Positions 1-10,581 of a stretch of 64,000 nt of DNA are shown piece after piece; the stretch's first letter is position 1, and each line of letters opens with the position of its first letter. The position numbers were made by a program, and so were the translations under genes. The stretch spans positions 1 to 64,000 of the forward strand of contig QPMI01000170.1 in assembly GCA_004431415.1 (NCBI GenBank), given 5' to 3'. This DNA is from Cyanophora paradoxa CCMP329 (taxonomy: Eukaryota > Plantae > Glaucophyta). The notes below the pieces were generated by a model. That model ran no database searches, was not told the origin of the DNA, and saw only the letters and a program-made list of their open reading frames with translations.

Positions 1-56
1 CCCCCCCCCCCCCCCCCCCCCCCCCCCCATGGTTTGTTGACGTCGCGATAATGCAG

Positions 57-3000
57 ATGGGCTACGTCCGAACACTGAACATGGGCGATTTGTACCCGCT
101 CTGGTGCGCTCGCCGGTCTCGCCCACCCTCCCTCTCTCGCAGTTTGGCGAGCGCGGGGGTTCGCAGGGAGGGCGACCAGTCCCACGTCGTGATCGAGGTG
201 AGCGGCGCACCTAGCCCCGCGCGCCAAGCGCCCGCCGCTCCCACTTCCGCCTAGACGGGGCCCGGGCGTCCACACGCTAGCCTTCAGCGGGTCCAGCTGC
301 ACCACCGGAGCTACACCCCTAAGTCCCTTCCCCGGGGCGGAGGGGATGGCCGCGCGCTGGCGCGGCCCGCGCTAAGTTCACGAATTGTTTCGCGGCAGAA
401 CTTTCAGAGGGAGTGGAACAAGGTGCTTTGCATTTCAGCGCAGAGGGATGCGCCGACTCGGCTTTCGCTGACTCCCCGATGCACAGGAGAAGCACTTGGC
501 GCAGTGAGTGCTTGTGGGGCGAGGGGCGGCTGTGGGCGGGGGCGTGACGGGGCGGGCAGGCCGTCGTTCCTGCGGGCGATGCGGCGGGCGTTCGGGACGC
601 GCTTCTTCCTCGCGGCGCCCGTGAAGCTCGTGCACGACGTGCTCCAGTACATGAACCCCATCCTCCTCCACGCCCTCCTCTCGTCCGCCCCGCCCCGCCC
701 CGCCCCCGCCGGGCGCGGGGCCTCAGGGCAGGGCGCAGGTTCGTGGCGCAGCACGGGTCGAAGCAGGCGGGGAGCGGCTTCGCGATCGCCTTCGGCATGC
801 TCCTCGTGCCCCTCCTCCAGATCCTCCTCATCCACCAGTGTCCGCCCCGCCCCGGCCCCGCCCCCCGCACCCCGCCCGCCCTCACCCCGCCCCGCCCCCA
901 GACTTCCACATGGTCTTCAGGACCGGCATGCACGTGCGTCGGCACCCTGCTCGCCCCGCCCCTCCCTTTCTGGCCAGGGGCGGCAGCCGAAGCGGCGGGG
1001 CGGCAGATCCGGGCCGGCCTGGTGGGGGCGATCTACAAGAAGGCCCTCACGCTGAGCAACTCGGCGCGACAAGGCGCCAGCGTGGGGCAGATCGTCACGT
1101 GCGCGGCGCGGCGGGGGCGCCGGGCGGGGGCGGGGCTGAGGGCGGGGCGCGGGGGCCCGTGCGGCCCGCAGGCTGATGAGCGCGGACGCGCAACGGCTGA
1201 TGGACCTGACGACGTACCTGCACATCATCTGGTCGGGGCCCTTCCAGATCATCCTCTCCATCGCCCTCCTCTACCAGATCGTCTCCTGGGCCGCCTTCTC
1301 CGGCCTCGCCGTCATGGTCCTCATGATGCCCATTGTCCGCACCCGCCCCGCCCCGCCCGCCCCGCAGCGCCCCCGCTGACCGCGCGGGGCGTGCGGCGCG
1401 GGCAGAACACGGTGATCGCGAAGAAGATCGCGGGGATGCGGAAGGAGTGCGTCAAGGCGACGGACGAGCGGGTCAAGGTCTCCAACGAGGTCTTCCAGGG
1501 GATCAAGATCATCAAGCTCTACGCCTGGGAGCGCCCCTTCATCGAGAAGCTCACGGGCGTGCGGGGCAAGGAGCTCGACCAGATCGGCCGCATGGTCTAC
1601 GCCCAGGCCGCCTCCACCTTCGTTTCCCAGTTCGGTGCCCGCCGCCCCGCCCCCGCGCTTCCCCGGGGGCCGGGGGCGACGGGGCGCAGGGCCCATCCTG
1701 GTCTCGCTGGTGACGTTCGGGACGTACGCGCTGGCGGGGAACAAGCTGACGGCGGCGGCGGCGTTCACGACGCTGCAGCTCTTCAACCTCCTCCGCTTCC
1801 CCCTCATGATGCTCCCCAACATCGTCAACGGCCTCGCCCAGTCCAAGGTCGCCATCAACCGCATGTCGTGCGCCCGCCCGCCGCTCCCCGCCGCCCCGCC
1901 GCGCCCCGCGCGAGCGCCCTCGACCGGCGCGCAGCGAGTTCCTCCTGAAGGACGAGGTGGACCTCGAGTGCGGGCGTCCCCCTCCGGGCGGAGGCCGGGG
2001 CTGACGCGCGCGGGCGCAGCTACATCGAGGCGATCCCCCGGGTGCCGGAGTCGGGCCTGGAGAAGCAGGAGCTCGTGCGCTTCCGCAAGGCCTGCTTCTC
2101 CTGGGACGTCGCCGAGGCGGACAAGGGCAAGGCGATCGCCCTCAAGGACCACAAGGCGGCGGCGGCGGCGGCCCCGGCCCCGGCGCCGCCGCCGAAGATG
2201 CACCTGAAGGACGTCTCGTTCTCGGTGCGGCAGGGGGACCTCGTCATGGTCGTCGGGCCCGTCGGCTCCGGCAAGACCTCCCTCCTCTCCGCCATCATCG
2301 GCGAGATGCGCCACTGCGCCGGCGAGGCGCGCCCGCCCCCGCCCCGCTCCGAGCCCCGCGGCGGCGCGGCTGAGGGGGCGCAGGTCGCGATGCTGAGCCC
2401 GGCGAGCCTGCGGGTGGCGTACGTGGCGCAGGAGAGCTGGATCTCGAACGCGACGCTGCGGGACAACGTCTGCTTCGGCCTCCCGTACGAGCGCGCCGCC
2501 TACGAGCGCACCGTGGCCGCCTGCGCCCTCGTCGCCGACTTCTCCGTGCTCCCCGCGGGGGACCTGACGGAGATCGGGGAGAAGGGGATCAACCTCTCGG
2601 GGGGGCAGAAGGCCCGCGTCGCCCTCGCCCGCGCCGTCTACTCCGACTCCGCCCTCTACCTCCTCGACGACCCCGTCCGCCCCGCCCCGCCCCACCCCGC
2701 CCCGGCCGCCGCCCTCGCCGACGGGCCGGCGCCGGGGGGCAGCTGTCGGCCGTGGACAGCCACGTGGCGAAGCACATCTTCGAGGAGTGCGTGCAGGGCG
2801 TGCTCGGCGCCAAGACGCGCGTCCTCTGCACGCACCACCTGCAGTACCTGCCCCACGCCGACCTCGTCCTCGTCCTCAAGGCCCGCCCCGCCGCCCCTCC
2901 CCGCCCCGGCGCGGCGCCGACGCCGGCGCAGGACGGGCAGGTGGCCGAGGCGGGGACGTACCGCGAGCTCGTCTCCTCGGGGCTCGACTTCGCCGCCCTC

Positions 3001-5664
3001 CTCAAGGCCCGCCCCGCCCCCGCCCCGGCGCCCCCGTCCCCCTCACTCCCCCCGCAGTCCTACGGCTACCACGACGATGAGGAGCAGGCCGCCGCCGCCC
3101 CAGCGGCCGACGGGGTTGGGAAGGAGGGCGAGGGCGCCGCGGCCGCCAAGCCGGGCGCCAAGGGCGAGCAGGGGGCCGCCAACGGGACCCCGGCCAAGGC
3201 TGGCGCCCCGGGGGAGGCCGCCAAGCCGGCGGGCACCCCGCAGGCGGCCGGGCCGCCGGGCGGGCCCGGCAAGGGCGGCGCTGCGAACGGGGCGGGGGCG
3301 GGGGCGGAGAAGGGGCGGCTGATCAAGGCGGAGGCGCGGGCGAAGGGCGGGGTGGACGCCAAGGTGTACAAGGCGTACATCCTGGCGTGCGGGGGCACGG
3401 CGGCCATCGCCATGCTGCTCGTCCTCTGGACCCTCTCCAACATCTTCCGCGTCGGCTCCGACTACTGGCTCGCCTACTGGTGCCCCCGCGCCCCGCCGCC
3501 CCGCCTCGCCCCGTCGCCCTGACGCGTGGGCGGGGCAGGTCGGCGCACGAGACGGGCCACCGGGTGGCGCCGGCCGGCTCGCAGCGCGGCTCGAGCTTCT
3601 ACCTGAGCGGCTACGCGCTCTTCGGGCTGGCGGTCTCGATCGGCATCCTCGCGCGCTCGCTGCAGCTGACCTTCGCGTGCCTGCGGGGCGCCCGCGTCCT
3701 CCACGACCGCATGTTCCAGACCGTCCTCCGCGCCCCCATGAGCTTCTTCGAGACCACCCCGCTCGGCCGCATCACCAACCGCTTCTCCGCCGACCAGGAC
3801 AAGATCGACCAGAGCATCTCCGTGCGCCCCGCGCCCCCGCCTCCCCGTCTCCGGCCTCCGACGGGGGCGGGGCGGGGGGCGCGGGCAGGGCTCGATGTCG
3901 ATGTACATCAACACGGTGTTCACGGTGGCGTCGTCGCTGATGGTGATCATCGTCGTCTCGCCCTGGTTCATCCTCCCGATGGTCCCCCTCGCCTTCCTCT
4001 ACCGCGGCATCCAGCGCTACTACATCGCCTCCTCCCGCGAGCTCAAGCGCCTCGACTCGTCCGCCCCGCCCCCGCCCCCGCACCGCCCCCCGCCCCCTCG
4101 CCGACGCCCCGGCAGCGTGAGCCGGTCGCCGATCTACGCGCACTTCTCGGAGACGCTGAGCGGGCTGGCGACGGTGCGGGCGTTCAAGGTGCAGCAGCGC
4201 TTCGAGGCGGAGAACGAGCGGCGGCTGGACGAGTCCCAGCGCGCCTACTACTGCCTCAACGCCTCCAACCGCTGGCTCGGCTCCCGCCTCGAGTTCGTGG
4301 GGGCGTCCATCGTCTTCCTCGCCTCGCTGCTCATCGTCGTGGGGCGCGACGCCATCGACCCGGGCATCGCCGGCCTCTCGATGACCAACGCCTCGACGGT
4401 CACGGGCTGGCTCTCCTGGATGGTGCGCGTCTCCACCGAGGTCGAGATGCAGATGAACGCCGTCGAGCGCGCCCTCGAGTACTGCGAGGCCCGCCCCCGC
4501 CCCGCCCCGCCCCATCCCACCCCGCCCCGCCCCGCCCCGGCGCTGAGGCGGCGCAGCTGGCCCCGGAGGCGCCGGCGGTGATGGAGGAGTCGCGGCCGCC
4601 GCGGGGCTGGCCGGCGCGCGGGGCGATCGAGTTCGAGAAGCTGGTGGTGAAGTACCGGCACGAGCCCGTGCTCAAGGGCCTCTCTGCCTCCATCCGCCAC
4701 GGCGAGAAGATCGGCATCGTCGGCCGCACGGGGGCCGGCAAGTCGACCCTCATGACGGCCCTCTTCCGCCTCGTGGAGCCGGCGGGGGGCGCCATCCGCG
4801 TCGACGGCGTGGACATCACGGCGATCGGGACGGAGGACCTGCGCTCCAAGCTCTCCATCATCCCCCAGGACCCCGTCCTCTTCTCCGGCTCCCTCCGCTC
4901 CAACCTCGACCCCTTCTCCCTCCACTCCGACCCCGAGCTCTGGGCCCGCCCCCGCCCCGCGGCCCCCGCCGCCGCTGGCCCGCCCCGCCTTGGCTCACGC
5001 GGGGGCGCAGAGCGTGGTGGACCGGATCGGGATGCGGCGGCTGGTGGAGGAGCACGAGAAGAAGCTCGAGTACCCGATCTCGGAGGGCGGGTCGAACCTC
5101 TCGGCGGGGCAGAAGCAGCTGGTGTGCCTGGGGCGGTGCCTGCTGCGCAAGTCGAAGATCCTCGTCCTGGACGAGGCGACGAGCAGCGTGGACCAGGCCA
5201 CCGACGCCGCCATCCAGGCGACGGTGCGGGAGGAGTTCAAGGACGCCACCGTCCTCGCCATCGCCCGTGCGGCCCCCGCCCCGCCCCCCCGCCCAGAGCC
5301 CCCGGCCGCCCCCGACTGCCCCCCAGACCGCCTCAACACGATCCTCGACGCCGACCGCGTGCTGGTGCTGGACCAGGGCCAGGTCGCCGAGTTCGACTCC
5401 CCCCGCGCCCTCGCCGCCATCGAGGGCGGCATCTTCGCCTCCATGCTCGCCCAGTCCGGCAACGCCGCCGCCCGCCGCCTCGCCATGCTCTCCACCGCCT
5501 CCGCCTCCTCCTCCAGCCTCGGCCGCCAGAGCCCCATCGGCCTCCCCGGCGGTCCCCGCGCCCCCTCCCCCGCCACCCCGTTCCTCGGCGCGCCCGCAGC
5601 TGCGCTGGCGCCGGCTGGCACCGCCACAGGGCCCCGCGGCGCGTCTGCAGTGCCGGAGATATAA
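57..5664 (+). CDS. ABCC/MRP-family full-size ABC transporter; 5' end lies outside the window; ~21 introns visible
   Basis: Spliced exons give [29 protein letters not shown]1 Walker [10 protein letters not shown], signature [14 protein letters not shown], Walker [19 protein letters not shown]2 ([38 protein letters not shown]) and NBD2 ([40 protein letters not shown]). Stop TAA ends at 5664. Confidence 0.95.
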
Positions 5665-5880
5665 AACGAGGCATACTTGTTTAGCGATAGGAATCGAAAG
5701 TGAAGCTATCAGCTGCAGCGCAGGGCCTTGGCGATCGAAGGGTGCATGTGCGCAGGCTTCAGCTTGACTCTTCGCTCCCGATGGGGGGCGGAGAGAGGGG
5801 TATAGAGGCCTAGGACGAAGTTGAGCGCTAGCATCCGATCCAGCAGTCGCAGCCAGCGCAGCGCATAGCCGGCTAGAAGA

Positions 5881-8457
5881 ATGCAGGCGTTTTCAGCCAG
5901 CTCAGCGCTGTTGCCTTCCCGGCGCACCGTGCGCCTCCCGTTGGAACCCATGCAGCCTCGCACGCTGACCCGACCCGATCGCACGCCAGGGACCCGTTGC
6001 GTCCTCGAGAACCGAGGCGTACGGCCAGAAGCTTCGGACGCGGACCCTGCTCAGGCCGCGTCCCAGCCGCGTCCGCTTCGAGGTAATCGCAGGCATTCGC
6101 GATGTATGGGAGGAGGACACGGAGCGGAAGCTGTCGCAAATGCGTCTCCAGTCCGTCGCCCTCCCTCCCCGAGCTTAGCTACTCCGGCGTTAGTCGCGCA
6201 GGGGGGGGCCTAGCGACGCGTAGCTAGAGGGCTGGCCAAGCGCAAAAGCTTGTTCGCAACGCGTCTGATCGATCGTACGTCGGCAGGGAAATGACGTACG
6301 AGCAGGTGCCAACCGCGCCGTGCCGCGCGCGCGACGTTGACCGGGAGCGATCGGGCCTGACCGGCCGCGCAGCGCATGAAGTGGGAGAAGATTCAGAAGA
6401 GGAAGAAGGTGCCTCGCCTCGCATCTCCGCCCGGCCGCAGTGGCCGTTCGCACGCGGAGCCACTGCTCGCCGCCCCGCCGTGCGGCCCGTTCACGCGTGC
6501 CCGCCCGGCGCCGCAGAACGAGGAGTGGGCGAGCGTCAAGTGGGACCAGACGAGCATCGCCGCGGGCAACACGTGCGCCGCGCGCCCCGCGCGCCCCGCG
6601 CGAGCCGGCCCCTGACGCCCCGCCGGCGCGTACGCAGGAACATCACGGCGGGTGAGCCGGCGGCGCCGCGCCCTCATCCCTCGCCGGGGTAGGCTCTGAG
6701 CGCGCGGCGCAGGGGCGAAGAAGGGGGCGATCCCCGACGTCTTCGCAGTGCGTTGGGCGCGGCGGGGCGGGCGGCGGGGCGGGGCGGGGCGGCTGAGGGG
6801 CCGGGGGCGGGCAGGGTAACTTCCTGGGGAAGGACGCGGGTACGTCTGGCCTTCGCTCCGAGCCTCCGACGGTGCCCCATAATTTCGTCAGACTTCGTGT
6901 TCGATTATCGAATGGCGAAGACGAAGGCGCTCCGCAACATCGAGGGCGACTTCGTGCGCCGGCGAGCGACGCGGGGCGGCGCGGCGCGCGGGGCTGACGC
7001 GCCGGGGGCCGCGCAGTACGTGCCGAAGGAGTTCGAGGAGCGCATCGTCACGCACATCGGTGCGTGGCGCCGGCCGGGCGCAGCGGGGCGCCCCCACCCC
7101 TCCCGCACCCCTCACGCGGGGCCCCGCAGTGAAGAACATGATCATGCACACGCTCGACAAGGTCCAGGTGCCCCTCATCCTCGGTGCGCCCCGCCAGGCT
7201 CTCCTCCCTCGCCCCCGCCCCCCGCCCCGCCCCCGGCGAGCGCGCCCGCCCCGCAGGCGTCTGGGGCGCCAAGGGCGAGGGCAAGTCGTTCGGCGTGGTG
7301 CGTGGGCCCGCGCCGCGGCGGGGGCGGCGGAGGCGAGGGGGTCGGGGGCTGGGCAGGAGCTGGTGCTGAAGAAGATGGGGGTGGAGCCGGTGGTGATGAG
7401 CGCGGGGGAGCTGGAGTCGAAGAACGCGGGGGAGCCGGCGGCGCTGCTGCGGCGGCGCTACATCGAGGCGAGCAACGAGATCTTCAAGGGCAAGATGTGC
7501 GTCCTCATGATCAACGACCTCGACGCCGGCATCGGCCGCCTCTCCTGTCCGCCCCGCCCCGACCCCCCGCCCCCTGCCGCCCCGCGCCTCACGCGCCGGG
7601 GCGCAGACAACACGCAGTACACCGTGAACATGCAGACCTTCTCCGGCGCCCTCATGAACATTGCCGACAACCCGTGCGCCGCCGCCGCCCCGCTCGCCCC
7701 GCCGCGCGGCGGGCGTGGCGGACGCGCGGGGGGGCGGCAGGGACAACGTGCAGCTGAGCGAGTACATCAAGGAGAAGACGAAGCGGGTGCCGATCATCAT
7801 CACGGGGAACGACCTGTCGACGGTGTACGCGCCGCTGCTGCGGGACGGGCGGATGGACAAGTTCTACTGGAAGCCGAGCTTCGAGGACCGCGTGGAGGTC
7901 GCCTTCTGCATGTTCAAGGAGGAGGGCCTCTCCAGGGAGGACGTCCGAGAGCTCCTCACCCGCTACCCCGGCCAGTCCACCGACTTCATCGTGCCCGCTC
8001 CCGGCCCCGGCCCCGGCCCCGCCCCGGCCCCGCCCCCGACGCCGACGCGGGGCGGGGCTGCAGGGGGCGATCCGGGCGCGCATGTACGACGACTCCATCA
8101 TGCAGTACATCAAGCAGGCGCCGCCCCCGCCCTCCCCGCCCCGCCCCGCCCGCCGAGCGCCGCCCTGAAGCGCGCCCCGGCAGGTCGGCGTCTCCGAGCT
8201 CGGGAAGCGCCTCGTCAATGCCAAGGCCGGCCGCCCCGCTCGCCGAGCCCGGGCCCGGCGGCTCGCTGAGGGGGCGGGGCGGGCAGGACCCGCTGCCGAC
8301 GTTCGAGAAGCCGAAGCTGGGGCTGGGGGAGATCATGGCGATCGCGGAGGACCTGGCCAAGGAGAAGGAGTACGTCAACAAGATCCGCCTCGTCGAGGAG
8401 TACGTCTCGGACTACAACCCCTACGCCTCAAAGGGCGTCGGCCTCCGAATGAAGTAG
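5881..8457 (+). CDS. Rubisco activase-family AAA+ ATPase (RCA2/At1g73110-like), plastid-targeted, intron-rich
   Basis: Spliced: [149 protein letters not shown]-terminus MQAFSASS is transit-peptide-like; how the first exons join is less certain. Confidence 0.92.
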
Positions 8458-9085
8458 GCCTCGCCCGGCACCAGGCCACCCGGCACCACCCGCCGCCCGC
8501 CGCATACCAATTCCCCCGGAATTGCAATAGACTTGGCGAAGCGGCTCGCGGGCCGCGGCTCCTCCAAGTTAAGCCTTGCCCTGCGGCTGAACTCGCGGCC
8601 GCGCATTGCAATCGAAGAGGAGAGGAGGGGGGCGGGGATTGAATTCGTACCTACTAGGGCTAGCTAGCGCTATAGCGCTAGCTACCGTAGTACCGGTATA
8701 TGGGGGGAACAGGAGAGTCGTGGCTCATGTAGTGAATTCGAAGAACTTCGGAAATCCGGTATCGATCATCGGAGCGGATCCGAGGATGATCCGACCGTCG
8801 GCCGCCGCGGCGCCGGCGCGATCGATATCATCCGATATCGATGATCGGATGACTCAGTGATCCGACGTCGACGTCGTCGACGGCCTAGGCCTCACCATGA
8901 CCAAGCCCATCGGCGCGCCGCCATGTTATTGCCGCCACCATATAGCTATAGCTAGCTAAAGCTCGTGTACATGTGCTGGCCATGGGCACGTGTACTGCTG
9001 GCCGCTGGCGGCGTGGCGCCGCTGAGCGTTGCTGGTTCGGTTCCTGGGTGGGTGCATTTCCTGTGTTGCAAAGTAGCCCCGTGCC

Positions 9086-10411
9086 ATGGCCTGCTTCGTC
9101 CTGCCCGCCGTCAGTGTCTCATCGCGGCCGCAGCTGCAGCAGGAGCCGCTTATTGCAATTCGAGCATCCACAGCCGCAACGGGCGCCTTCGCACGCCAGC
9201 CAGCAGCTCGTTCGTCGGAGTTTTTCGGCCGGCAGACGCGCGCCTTCAAATTCGCATGCCGCACAAGCGTTAGGCAGCTGTTTGAATTCTACGCGCCGAC
9301 GTTGCCGTGCCGCTGCCAATCTGACGAGGCTCCGGTGAAGGAGTTCGCCGACAAGTACAAGGCACGCGCCCACAGCGCTGCTCATGCGCGCCGGCTGAAG
9401 TGAGGCGCTTCTTTCGCATGCAGAGCGAGGACCCGCAGGAGCGGTCGGCCGCCATCCGCGGCACGCGCGCGGTGCAATTGCAATCAATATCGGTGCAATT
9501 GCAAGCAGGCTGACGGCGGGGCGTGGCGGGTGCAGTATCCCGGCAGGCTGGCGATCCCGATGCTTCTCCAGGCTGCAAAAGATGTCGATGCGGCGTGCAG
9601 ATTCCAGGCGCGGCGAGACTGCGAATGCCCCCGAGTCGGCGATCTGACGCGCACCGGCATGCGCAGGCCGTCAGCAGCATCGCGAGCTTCGGGCAGGTGG
9701 AGGGGCTCGACGAGGCGGCAGTTGCTATGGCCCTCGAGGACGTCCGCCCCTCCCCGCCGACGTCCGCCCCGCCCCGACTAACTCCACGACGTCGGGCTTT
9801 AGAGCCTCTTCAATGAGCCGGACGTGCGCGCCGCCGCGCGCCGCCTTCCCCGCGCCGCCCTCACGCGCGGCGGGCGCAGGCGACAATCCAGGCGGCGGCG
9901 GCGGACGCGATCGGGGCGCTGAAGCTGGCGCGCTGCTTCCCCGCGCTGCAGGACAAGCTCCTGCAGAGCGCCGACTGGTCCGTTGGCTCGTGCCCAGGCC
10001 CGCAGAGCGCACTGGGTCCGCGCTCAGAGTCCTTCCAGGTCCGTCCGCACCGCCATCGTCGCCGCCCTCGGGGAGCTCAAGGCACGCCCCCCCGCTCCCC
10101 CGCCCCGGCCCGCCCCTCCGGCGCCTCGACCGCGCCAGCGCAGGACCCGAGGGGGTACGACCTCATCGTGTCTGCACTCCGGGGGGCCACGGACGAGGCC
10201 GGTGCGTGCCGCCCCACCCGCGCCGCCCCACCCGCGCCGCCCCACCCGCGCCTGACACGTAGCACCAGACATTTGGGTAAAACTGGCGGCGATCGTAGCC
10301 CTTGGAGAGCTTGGCGACAAGCGCGCCGTCGAGCTCCTGGAGCCGCTCGTGGAAGACGAAGACTTCCAGGTCTCCATGCGCGCCCGCCAGGCCCTCGACG
10401 CCCTCCAGTGA
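9086..10411 (+). CDS. nblB: NblB-like PBS-lyase HEAT-repeat protein with plastid transit peptide
   Basis: Spliced: SEDPQERSAAIR..LLQAAKDVDAACRFQAVSSIASFG..IQAAAADAIGALKL..VRTAIVAALGELK/DPRGYDLI..LAAIVALGELGDKRAVELLEPLVEDEDFQVSMRARQAL*. Matches my recollection of cyanobacterial NblB (VQAAAADSLGALKL, IIATLGELGDPR). N-terminus MACFVLPAVS is Ser/Arg/Ala-rich. Confidence 0.8.
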
Positions 10412-10581
10412 GGGCCCGCTGTGCGAATCTCCGAGGCTCAATGGAACCTTTCAAAAGTTGCGGCGAGCTAAGTTGCGTGCCATCATGATCATTTGAAAAC
10501 GAAGACGTGCGGCCGAGGCGGCACTCGCGGCAGACAGGAGAACTAGGCAGAAGACTAGCAGTCGAGGGCAGCAATTTCGAG

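Noticed and set aside
1-28. Poly-C start and other long G/C runs (35045-35079, 46771-46802, 52733-52758) as telomere or functional elements
   Set aside because: Homopolymers mostly inside C-rich intron parts, with unreliable length and no telomeric unit.
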